From the sequence record DRR723986_11381: a DNA stretch of 52,705 nt, one strand, 5' to 3'. The first letter of the stretch is position 1. The number at the start of each line of letters is the position of its first letter. Positions 30,189 through 39,074 of this stretch are shown piece after piece. Made by a program: the position numbers and the translations under genes. The notes below the pieces were generated by a model. The model searched no databases, had not been told where the DNA came from, and worked only from the letters and a program-made list of their open reading frames with translations.

Positions 30189-32615
30189 ATGCATCAGAAT
30201 TTCCGCACTGTAATTTGCACAGTGCTCGCGCTGTGCTCGCCACTTTTCCGAGACTCACTTCGGCTATCGTTTGCCGCAGACCAAAGCAAGCTCAACCACG
30301 TGCTTCCGTCTGACGTTGACGCAGAAGGCCTTGGGCTGGCCGCTTCAGTGATTGAGCACGCGGTTGAGAATGAGGAACTGCTTGGTGCAGTCATCTTTGT
30401 CATGCGCGGGGAAGACATCATTCTGCACGAGGCGTTTGGCTTTCGCGACCTGGCTCAACAAAACGCCATGCAACTCGACTCCCTGTTTCGCATGGCATCC
30501 AATAGCAAAGTTGTCACCGCCGCTGGCATCATGGCGCTCGTTGACCAGGGTAAGGTCGATCTCGACGCCTCAGTTGGAACCTACCTGCCCGCTTTTGATG
30601 TTCCGGCTTGGCAACCGGTGACTATTCGTCACTTGCTAACTCACACGAGTGGTTCCAGAATCAAGCAGCTCTACCTTAAGCCGCTATTGAGCCCGACGGC
30701 AGATAATCCAAACGCACCAGAGCCAATTAGTGAAGTATCAAGGTTTGCTTCTATCGCTCCAGAGTTCGGCCCCGGCGAGACCTATTCTTATAACAACGCT
30801 TGCTACAACATTGCGGCCGCCGTTATTGAGAAGGTAACTGGATCGTACAAAGAACACTTACGGAAAACGTTCTATGAACCGCTGGGCATGAATGATAGCT
30901 GCAATCATGAGCCCGACGCCGATCACTCGCGGATGTCGGTTGTCACCAAACGAAACAAGGAAGGGCAGTGGGTAGCAGGCTGGAAACCAGGAGATGCACC
31001 GGACTGGCCGTTTCCTCGAGGATCTGGAGGTATGGTTTCCACGGCCCGTGACTACGCCAAGTTTTGCCGAATGCTGCTACACGAAGGTGTCTACAATGGC
31101 CAGCGAATTCTCAGCCGCGATTCCGTAGCCGAAATCACCTCTCCGCAAGCCCTCAAGGTTGCAACCACCGAAGCACAAGCCGCCAAGAACTACGGCCTGG
31201 GCCTGAAGGTTAGCAAACCTGGTGGGCTCTGTTCGCACACCGGCTCCGATGGCACCTATGTTTGGTTCGATCCAAGCCGTGATCTCGTGGGAATGGTTCT
31301 GGTGCAGAAGAATGCAGCGCCTCGACCGCGTACAGTATTCCGAAAGCTGATTGAAGCCGCCTGTCCCGCTGCTGAAGGCTCAGACCAAGATGCGTCTGAA
31401 TCGCTGATAACACGAACCAGCTCAAGTGGGTTCTACAAAGACATCTTCATGAGCGGCGGCGTCAATTTAACCAGCCGCAAGAAACTCCATGCCGCTGAGT
31501 CCCTGGAGCTTAACTACGAATACTACGCGGGCGCAGATCGCCATTCCCAGAACCGCCTCATCATTGGCGATGCTCACGACACCAATGGTATCTTGCTTTA
31601 CCCCGATGGAAGGCCCCGTTTTCGAATGATCTACGTCAACGGTGGATCAGCAACCGCCCACGGAAAGTCTCTAACAAAGGAAGGTCGCAATAGAATTCGC
31701 GAGTTCTACAGGGCGGGCGGATCCTATGTCGGCTCTTGCGCGGGCTCGTTTCTTTGTGGTCGCAACGTCGACACGCGTTCGGCGCGACGACTGGGATATT
31801 TGCACATCTTCCCGTACAACACGCTGAACACAGGCTTGAAGAAAACGCGCCTTGACCATGTACTCCCTGAGGATTCTCCGTTACTTAAGTTCGGCAAGTT
31901 TAGCGAAGACGGAATTGTCGAAAGCGTCTACCACAACAACGGCAACTGGCTCGCTCAGGAGACTCCCGATAATGTCGAAGTCCTTGCAACGTACCTTGCG
32001 CCAGAACACAAGATTGACGGCGGCGCAGCAATCTGGGCGTTTCAAGAATCCTCTCAGACGGGACGAATCGTTAGCATTGGATGTCACCCCGAGGGAAGTA
32101 GCGAGGGTGAACGCCTGACGTTGACTGAAGCTTGCTTCCAGTATGCCCTTCAGCCATTCCGCGACCTCAACGACAAAGGCGCGATTCCGTTCGGCCAAAC
32201 GCGACACATGAACGCTACGACAGAAGACGGTCGTCCAGCGGATACGCGCATTGGTGACCGGCAATACCACGACTTCACTATCGAAGTCACGGCGAAGAAT
32301 TCAAGCGTCTCGATAAGCGTAGCTACTGCAACCAGCGCGAGCTTAAAACTTCTACTCAGTCGTGAAATGCCACCGCGCGGGGATCGATACGATTTCGCGG
32401 CCACTACCGTGGATGGTAAAGCAGAGGTTCAGGCTTCGCTTAGCCCTGGAACTTGGTACGCAAGCGTACTTTGCGAGACAGCAGTCAAGACGATTGAAGA
32501 CGCAGACGCTGGCTTCTACCGATATGTGGGCGACCGATCCATGCTCAACGGCGTCCCCTACGACATTCACTTCGGCCAATCCACAGCAACTGAGGCTAAA
32601 GCAAATGGTCAGTAA
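30189..32615 (+). CDS. Secreted serine hydrolase (beta-lactamase family) fused to a class I GAT-like/BPL_N-like domain and a C-terminal PPC-like domain
   Basis: FRMASNSK (SxxK), LLTHTSG, YSYNN (YxN) and HTG, followed by IYVNGG, YVGSCAG, CHPE and LSPGTWYASV. Confidence 0.85.
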   Translation: MHQNFRTVICTVLALCSPLFRDSLRLSFAADQSKLNHVLPSDVDAEGLGLAASVIEHAVENEELLGAVIFVMRGEDIILHEAFGFRDLAQQNAMQLDSLFRMASNSKVVTAAGIMALVDQGKVDLDASVGTYLPAFDVPAWQPVTIRHLLTHTSGSRIKQLYLKPLLSPTADNPNAPEPISEVSRFASIAPEFGPGETYSYNNACYNIAAAVIEKVTGSYKEHLRKTFYEPLGMNDSCNHEPDADHSRMSVVTKRNKEGQWVAGWKPGDAPDWPFPRGSGGMVSTARDYAKFCRMLLHEGVYNGQRILSRDSVAEITSPQALKVATTEAQAAKNYGLGLKVSKPGGLCSHTGSDGTYVWFDPSRDLVGMVLVQKNAAPRPRTVFRKLIEAACPAAEGSDQDASESLITRTSSSGFYKDIFMSGGVNLTSRKKLHAAESLELNYEYYAGADRHSQNRLIIGDAHDTNGILLYPDGRPRFRMIYVNGGSATAHGKSLTKEGRNRIREFYRAGGSYVGSCAGSFLCGRNVDTRSARRLGYLHIFPYNTLNTGLKKTRLDHVLPEDSPLLKFGKFSEDGIVESVYHNNGNWLAQETPDNVEVLATYLAPEHKIDGGAAIWAFQESSQTGRIVSIGCHPEGSSEGERLTLTEACFQYALQPFRDLNDKGAIPFGQTRHMNATTEDGRPADTRIGDRQYHDFTIEVTAKNSSVSISVATATSASLKLLLSREMPPRGDRYDFAATTVDGKAEVQASLSPGTWYASVLCETAVKTIEDADAGFYRYVGDRSMLNGVPYDIHFGQSTATEAKANGQ

Positions 32616-32672
32616 GCGAACTGGAGCAGCACCGCGCGTTGCCACCTAGCCGATTCTCATTGAAACGGCCCG

Positions 32673-35120
32673 TTACCGGATATTGAGCAACTCGTCGAAC
32701 AGTTCTTGAGTGGCCGTGATGACACGAGCGTTACTTCGATACTGGGTCGACGCAAGAACCAGATCCACCAGGTCACCACCGATGTCGGTGTTGGATAATT
32801 CCAAGGCACCAGCGACGACGGTGCCAATGCCGTTCTCACCTGGCCCGCCTTCGATGGGCAACCCCGTGTTGATACCTTGCGCGAATAGGTTTTGCCCGCG
32901 TTGCTCCAAGCCCTGCGGGTTGGTAAACCGAGCGAGTCGCATTTGACCAAGGTCGCGACTAATACCGTTACTGAAGACTCCTCGCACGGTTCCATCTTCA
33001 CCGATCACATAACTTGTCAGTGTACCGGGAGGAGAACCGTCTTGTCGAGATGCAGCCAGCGTCGCGTCGTCAGTTGCTAGACCGGAGACAGCAGAAAAAT
33101 CAATATCGAATTCCAAAGGCGACACACTTGGCAATTCATCCCGATCAATGGCGACGCGAGTGTTTGTGGCCGAGATGAAATTCCCGTTACCATCGAAGGT
33201 CAGAATCCCAGATCCCACCGCGATGTCTGCGCCTGAGCCCGACGCATTGTCGGCTGAATCCGCAAACCACCGGTAGACCGTTTCCGAGTCGTTGCGAGAT
33301 TCAAGAACCGCGGTGACTCGGGTCCGAATTGGAAGCCCGAGAGAATCGTAGGAGATGAAGTCGGCTACAGCGCTCTGCCCCTTAGCCTCTTGAACAGAGC
33401 CAAACGCGAGATTTGGGACCGTCACCGCGCCATTGGCATCTGTGACACGGAAGCTGGTTAGATCAATATCAACCGCATTGTCGACGCCGTTGTTGGAAAC
33501 GAAACGTATCTGTCCATTTTGGATATACGCTCCTGCATTGATGGTGCCACCTTCGCCAGGAATGCTGTTCACCGAGCCTGGGATCGGGTTGACTGAATCG
33601 GCTGATACCGTTTGAATCCCCATTGCTTCTTCCATGAAGCTTACGAGGTCTTGCACCGTCGATGCCGCAGTAACCTCGAAGCCCTTCGCTTCCAAGTTCC
33701 GGCCGCCCTTTCGGGCCTCAAAGGACAGGTTTCCTAGCGTGAACGGATTTGAGTAGTCCAGGCCATCGCGGCGGATCACATTGGTCAGCAGTGTATTGCT
33801 GTCGATCGTAGGCCCATCCAAATTCACAAGCTGATTGCCTGAAACGCTAAGATCACTGATCTCCGCGTCACTCTTACCGTCGGTGTAATCGACGCCAGGC
33901 GGGATCGTGTCGACTAGATAGAATGAGTTTGGATCCGTGGCCGTGTTGCGATAAATCCGAATCGAATCGTACTCGGGGAAACCACCACCCGGCGGAGGCG
34001 TTGGTGGAGTCGGCAAATTATCGAGATGGATTCGTCCATTGACGATGTTCTGCGGTCCCAGCAAGATCGATGGCCGTGATTCGGGATCCCCCGTGCGATG
34101 GTAGGTCACCATGTAGCTGTAGTTGCCATTGAGTGTCGTATCGTCCAACTGCGGGCCAGCTACCAACGAGCCGTCGTCATCAAAAGACGTTCCGGTAGGA
34201 ACCGTGTCGAGCCGGAATAGATCTGTCCCATTTGCATCGGAGCGATACACTCGAATGCTGGAGTATTCTCCGGGAGCCTCTGGCAGCGGATTGAGCGTAA
34301 TTGTATTGTCATCTAAACCGTTTCCAGCGGGAACGATAACGTCGATCGGAGTGCTCGGCGGACTCTCGTTTCCGGATGCATCTACGAACGCAAAGCTGTA
34401 CCGGTATGTGGCACCTTCGACAAGAGTTCCACTACCTTGATTGTGCGCGATGGTAACGCCGGTCGCATTTGGAGTGGAGGCTCCCGTGATTGACGTGCCA
34501 GAAGCATCAGGGCGGGGCACGGCTGAATCGCCAAGGATCGCACTTTGAATGATCTCAGCGGTGTCGGCGATATCGCCCTTGGGCGTCAACGTGCCTTCCA
34601 TCACGACATTCTGCGTTTGCTGCGCTACCGCCTCACTACCCAGCGGAATCTCTAGCGGTACAAGCTGCGTCGATTGCACTCGGAACTGATCATCGATACC
34701 GTAGCCCAACAGCCGGTTTCCAGTTGGTGTAACGAGTTGATTTTCGCTGTTGAGATTGAAAATACCACTTCGCGTGTAAAGTCGCTCACCACCCTCGCTC
34801 TGAACGATAAAGAGGCCGTCGCCTTGAATCGCCAAGTCGGAAGGACTAGAGCTGATCTGAATCGTGCCCTGTGTGAAGTCTGGCGAGATTGCGGCTACTT
34901 GCACCCCGAGACCTGTCTGCCGAGGGTCAGTACCACCGTTGGATTCTGTCGGCGCAGCACCGAGCGAAAGGGTTTGCAAGAACTGAGTAGCGAAGACAAC
35001 GTCAGAACTCTTGAAGCCAACGGTTTGAGAGTTGGCTAGATTATTACCGAGCACATCAATTTGTGTTTCGGCGGCGTTCAGTCCTGTCAGAGCAGTACTG
35101 AGAGACGAAGCTAGACCCAT
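32673..35120 (-). CDS. flgE: Flagellar hook protein FlgE (elongated)
   Basis: LSTALTGL...DVLGNNLANSQTVGFK, DLAIQGDGLF, YTRSGIF, ARFTNPQGL, GALELSNTDIGGDLVDLVLASTQYRSNARVI; lies downstream of flgD. Confidence 0.93.
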   Translation of the reverse strand: MGLASSLSTALTGLNAAETQIDVLGNNLANSQTVGFKSSDVVFATQFLQTLSLGAAPTESNGGTDPRQTGLGVQVAAISPDFTQGTIQISSSPSDLAIQGDGLFIVQSEGGERLYTRSGIFNLNSENQLVTPTGNRLLGYGIDDQFRVQSTQLVPLEIPLGSEAVAQQTQNVVMEGTLTPKGDIADTAEIIQSAILGDSAVPRPDASGTSITGASTPNATGVTIAHNQGSGTLVEGATYRYSFAFVDASGNESPPSTPIDVIVPAGNGLDDNTITLNPLPEAPGEYSSIRVYRSDANGTDLFRLDTVPTGTSFDDDGSLVAGPQLDDTTLNGNYSYMVTYHRTGDPESRPSILLGPQNIVNGRIHLDNLPTPPTPPPGGGFPEYDSIRIYRNTATDPNSFYLVDTIPPGVDYTDGKSDAEISDLSVSGNQLVNLDGPTIDSNTLLTNVIRRDGLDYSNPFTLGNLSFEARKGGRNLEAKGFEVTAASTVQDLVSFMEEAMGIQTVSADSVNPIPGSVNSIPGEGGTINAGAYIQNGQIRFVSNNGVDNAVDIDLTSFRVTDANGAVTVPNLAFGSVQEAKGQSAVADFISYDSLGLPIRTRVTAVLESRNDSETVYRWFADSADNASGSGADIAVGSGILTFDGNGNFISATNTRVAIDRDELPSVSPLEFDIDFSAVSGLATDDATLAASRQDGSPPGTLTSYVIGEDGTVRGVFSNGISRDLGQMRLARFTNPQGLEQRGQNLFAQGINTGLPIEGGPGENGIGTVVAGALELSNTDIGGDLVDLVLASTQYRSNARVITATQELFDELLNIR

Positions 35121-35262
35121 CGCGAATATCCCATCCTTGCGCACCGCCGCACGCATGCACCCACCGTTGAATCAGCAGCCTTGCTGGTTCAACGAGTAGT
35201 GTTGGAGAGATTTTGCCGGATGCCCCCGCAGGCAACCCAGCGCGTCTAATGCTAGCGTGCGG

Positions 35263-35703
35263 CTAATTTTCGACGATTTCACGGATATTGCTGATATCGA
35301 CCACTGAGTCTCCAATGTGAACTGATACTTTCCGAATACTCGGATCTTCTGGGTCGGTCTGTACAGATACGCGGTCTACGATGCCTTCTACATCGTTTGC
35401 GTTGTTGTCCAGAGCTGAGACTTGCTTGCCGATCATCGAACTTGCCATCGACAATTCCTGTCCGACAGCCAACGTCGACAACGTTTCGGTAAGCTGTGTT
35501 GTCGAACCGATCTCGCGAATTTGCCCAATCTGCTCAAGCATTTGAGCGTTATCCATTGGGTTGAGCGGATCCTGGTTCTGGAGTTCGGTGATCAGCAGAC
35601 CGAGAAATTCATCTAGATCAACATCGCTGAGCGAATTGCCGGTAAGCCCACCTCCGCCGGAAGCGCTGGGACTGGACGAGCCAACTCCTGGAATACTCGA
35701 CAT
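35263..35703 (-). CDS. flgD: Flagellar hook capping protein FlgD
   Basis: FLGLLITELQNQDPLNPMDN...ASSMIGKQV; GAGG RBS upstream. Confidence 0.95.
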   Translation of the reverse strand: MSSIPGVGSSSPSASGGGGLTGNSLSDVDLDEFLGLLITELQNQDPLNPMDNAQMLEQIGQIREIGSTTQLTETLSTLAVGQELSMASSMIGKQVSALDNNANDVEGIVDRVSVQTDPEDPSIRKVSVHIGDSVVDISNIREIVEN

Positions 35704-36028
35704 CTGCTTTGCCTCGATTTAGGGTACCACTTCGTGGGCGTCACACTCGCTTGAGCGACGAATCGCGCGGTAAGTTACTGCGCTACGCACCTCTGCTGTA
35801 GTGCCGAGCAAGAGAGCACGTCAATTGCAGTTATTGCGTTGGAGCTTCGCAAACGAACTGCCTCACAAGAATTCTCGGCTCCAAGGGCCGCCGTCGCTTA
35901 CAGGAAACTTTGCCTGACCTGTAAAAAACGCTCCTTCGTGGCGTGCCCAGCTTGCAACAGAGCTGCCGAAGCCTCGTTTGCAATTGCTAGCACTGGGGAG
36001 GTCATGCCTTCCCGACAGAACGCATCAA

Positions 36029-37849
36029 TTAAGTTTCGTTGGGCTCAACCACCAAGCTGCTTGCCTCAGTCAGATCAACCTTCTGATTCAGTCCGCTTGG
36101 CCAAGTGATCGTCACTGGTACCGAATCCGCGTCTTGGGGAAGTGGCACGAGAAATAGACGCTGCTGAGCGGCAGCATAACTCGCACCACCGATCAACCAG
36201 TGCGTATGCTGCTGGCCGTCGACGTCGTAGGCGATCTTTGCACCGATGGCATTACGATTGCTCTTCGTACCAACTAGCTGCAGGGCAACCGCTCGACCGG
36301 CGTCCGACCGATTCTCAAGCACAGCCATTGGTTCGTTCTGGTGCGAAACAGCGATATCGAAGTCTCGATCGTTGTCAAAATCACAGACGGCCACACCGCG
36401 TCCCTTGAACTTCTTCTGAAAGTACTCGCCCGCTTGTTGGCTGATTTCTCGGAATCGACTACCTGTGCTCTCAAATAGCTGGGGTGGCATCTTAGGATCT
36501 GCAGTTTGCAGCGCGTTGTCGACGTGCCCGTTCACCACGAACAACTCGAAGCTACCGCTATTTGTCAGGTCAACGAATGCGGCGCCGAAACCTAACAAGG
36601 GCAGGGTAGGGCGGTGCAATCCAGCCAGGGCCGTAACGTCCTGAAACCCTTGGTCGCCAAAGTTGGCGTACAGTGTGTTGGATTCTTGGAAGTAGTGCGT
36701 GCTGTAGATGTCCAACAAGCCGTTGTGGTCGTAGTCCGCTACAGCCAACCCCATACTAGCCTGCGTCTCACCTCGGCGATTCACAGCGCAACCCAAGTCG
36801 CGGGCCTGCTCCATGAAGTTCCCCGCCCCTTCGTTGACGAACAGGAAGTTCTCTGTGGTATCGTTGGCTACATATACATCCATCAGAGAATCATTATTGA
36901 AGTCCGCGATCGCAACCCCGAGCGCTCGATTCTCCGGCCCGACCAGACTGCGTTGTTTCGATTCTTCCGTGAAGCCACCTTGGCCATCATTAAAGTAGCA
37001 AGCGTCTGGCCAAGGCTTCAACTCACGAGGGTAGCAAACGGCAGCTCGACCCGTGTGGTCGGTGCAGAGCTTGGGCGAATCGGGGTCGTAGATGCAATAA
37101 TTGCAAACGTACAGATCCAAGTCGCCGTCAGCATCCAAGTCCCCCCAGGCTGCCGACGCGCTCCACTTTGGATCTGCGATGCCAGCAACTCCTGCCGATT
37201 CCACAAACGTGCCATCCCCGCAGTTTATCCACAGAGCGTTTTCGTGAACGTTGGTTACATAGACGTCATCAAACCCATCCCCGTCGTAATCGGCAATCGC
37301 TAGCCCTTGGCCAAAAGCGGACTCTTGGATGCGAGCGGGCGAGGAAACGTCGACAAACGTACGATTTTCGTTCGCTGACGTATTGCGATAGATTGCATCG
37401 GAGGGACGCTCCGGTTCTCCTTCTCCAAGTGGTCCACCTTGGTTAAGGAATAGATCCCACCAACCGTCTTGATCGTAGTCCAGCCAGCCGACCCCGCCGC
37501 CGGTCGATTCAACCATCAACGCGGCCGGGCTCTCTCCATTGAGATATGTATGCTGGATCTGAAGCTCGTTCTGGACTTCAACAAGCTTAACAGCCGTCAC
37601 CGACGCACTTCCTTGCGAATCAACCTTTGAGCTAGACGGACGCCCTGTTCGATCAACTCGAGATGCCGATGCGTTAGCGTTTTCGCGTGACTTGTCACCA
37701 GCCTCAACTGAGCCATTTTCTGGCTGCTCCGAGTTGTTGGCTCCTGGTTTGCATCCGCAAAGCAATACGCTGCCCAACAAGAGGGCTACACAGCATCGGT
37801 TGACGACACCAGCCGAGCATTTCCAAACAATTGATCTCAGGTTCAACAA
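36029..37849 (-). CDS. CRTAC1-family FG-GAP repeat / ASPIC-UnbV lipoprotein
   Basis: Lipobox LCGC; repeated DYDQDGWWDL, DYDGDGFDDV, DLDADGDLDL, DFNNDSLMDV; C-terminal SNRNAIGA...VTITWPSG. Start approximate (TTG 37849). Confidence 0.9.
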   Translation of the reverse strand: MLNLRSIVWKCSAGVVNRCCVALLLGSVLLCGCKPGANNSEQPENGSVEAGDKSRENANASASRVDRTGRPSSSKVDSQGSASVTAVKLVEVQNELQIQHTYLNGESPAALMVESTGGGVGWLDYDQDGWWDLFLNQGGPLGEGEPERPSDAIYRNTSANENRTFVDVSSPARIQESAFGQGLAIADYDGDGFDDVYVTNVHENALWINCGDGTFVESAGVAGIADPKWSASAAWGDLDADGDLDLYVCNYCIYDPDSPKLCTDHTGRAAVCYPRELKPWPDACYFNDGQGGFTEESKQRSLVGPENRALGVAIADFNNDSLMDVYVANDTTENFLFVNEGAGNFMEQARDLGCAVNRRGETQASMGLAVADYDHNGLLDIYSTHYFQESNTLYANFGDQGFQDVTALAGLHRPTLPLLGFGAAFVDLTNSGSFELFVVNGHVDNALQTADPKMPPQLFESTGSRFREISQQAGEYFQKKFKGRGVAVCDFDNDRDFDIAVSHQNEPMAVLENRSDAGRAVALQLVGTKSNRNAIGAKIAYDVDGQQHTHWLIGGASYAAAQQRLFLVPLPQDADSVPVTITWPSGLNQKVDLTEASSLVVEPNET

Positions 37850-37868
37850 CTTGGCTTCTCTGTTTTGG

Positions 37869-38360
37869 TTAGCTAAACATTTGCCCAGCTTCAGACAGGT
37901 TGGTCGCAGGGAAAGCGTTTTCAATGTGCTGAATTTCGGCCGGCGCATCAACGGAGAGTTTGATTGAAACGACATCGAATCGGCACGGTGCCTCAAGGAG
38001 CCGTTTTTCCTTTAAGAACAACAATGCCGCCCGAGTCAGGTTTGCCTGCTTCCTTCGGTCGATGGCTTCGAATGGCTCGCCCGCGAAACCTGTTTGTCGC
38101 GTCTTGACTTCTACGAAGCAGACTCGCCCTTGGTGCGTTGCGATAAGATCAATCTCGCCTCGACGGCGGCGGTATCCGGCCTGGACTATTTTGTAACCTT
38201 TTCGGCGGAGAAAGGTTGCGGCGATTCTCTCTCCGGCGGCTCCAGATTTCTCACCGGGATGTTGGCGATCCCAGGGCCTGGGCCCGAAGCGCATAAAAAA
38301 TCGACCAAGTGAACGAAACACTTGGCCGATTGTTTTTGGATCGCTGGGCATTTTGGCCAC
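37869..38360 (-). CDS. YraN family (UPF0102) putative endonuclease
   Basis: GAAGERIAATFLRRKGYKIV, GEIDLIA, FVEVKTR, CRFDVV; directly downstream of rplS. Confidence 0.92.
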   Translation of the reverse strand: MAKMPSDPKTIGQVFRSLGRFFMRFGPRPWDRQHPGEKSGAAGERIAATFLRRKGYKIVQAGYRRRRGEIDLIATHQGRVCFVEVKTRQTGFAGEPFEAIDRRKQANLTRAALLFLKEKRLLEAPCRFDVVSIKLSVDAPAEIQHIENAFPATNLSEAGQMFS

Positions 38361-38363
38361 AAC

Positions 38364-38714
38364 CTACATGCGTCGTTCCTTGAGACGAACCGCTTTACCG
38401 CTGCGCTCACGCAAGAAGTACAGCTTGGCACGTCGTACGACACTCTTTCGCTTCACTTCGACCTTCTCAATTCGAGGCGAGTGAAGCGGGAACTTTCGCT
38501 CAACCCCCTCACCAGCGACGATTCGACGGACGACGAACATCGTTCGTGAGCCGCTGCCGTTGCGAGCAATGACAACGCCGGAAAAGACTTGGATACGCTC
38601 TTTGTTGCCTTCCAAAATCTTTGTGTGAACATCGACGGTATCACCGATGTCAAATTGAGGAACGTTTTCCTTGAGCGTAGCCTGCTCAACCAGCTCCATG
38701 ATTTTCTGGGTCAT
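38364..38714 (-). CDS. rplS: 50S ribosomal protein L19
   Basis: FDIGDTVDVH, EGNKERIQVFSGVVI, GEGVERKFPLHSP, VRRAKLYFLR; GGAG RBS upstream. Confidence 0.98.
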   Translation of the reverse strand: MTQKIMELVEQATLKENVPQFDIGDTVDVHTKILEGNKERIQVFSGVVIARNGSGSRTMFVVRRIVAGEGVERKFPLHSPRIEKVEVKRKSVVRRAKLYFLRERSGKAVRLKERRM

Positions 38715-39074
38715 CGTCTACTCCAACCGCTCGGAAGATCCGAAAATACTTGCTATCAACTGGGACGAGAGCCCAGGTCACTATTCAATTTTCAACAGAT
38801 GTTTTGCACTCCCGACATTCAATGCAAAGCAAGGGATTCGCTCCGTTGCGCTGGCATGAGAATCCGGGAAGCCTCGTATAATTACCGAAAGCGGGCGTTT
38901 TGCAAAGGTCAAATCGCTTTCAACCTTCCAAATACTGGTTCTAACTGCTTGGTTGGGCCCGCCGATGCAAGATTCCGACAGCGGCCACCCTCGTGAGACT
39001 GATTTCTGTCGCTAAAATTCTGCTTCGCATCGCCTCCAACCACCCAGCCTTCAACCACCCAAAAGGGCCCAATC

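Noticed and set aside
37850-37996. Apparent 128-bp overlap between YraN and the FG-GAP gene, and similar overlaps at 4401-4455, 47046-47118 and 48398-48416
   Set aside because: Artefacts of longest-ORF start choice; downstream starts with RBS or signal peptides remove the overlaps.
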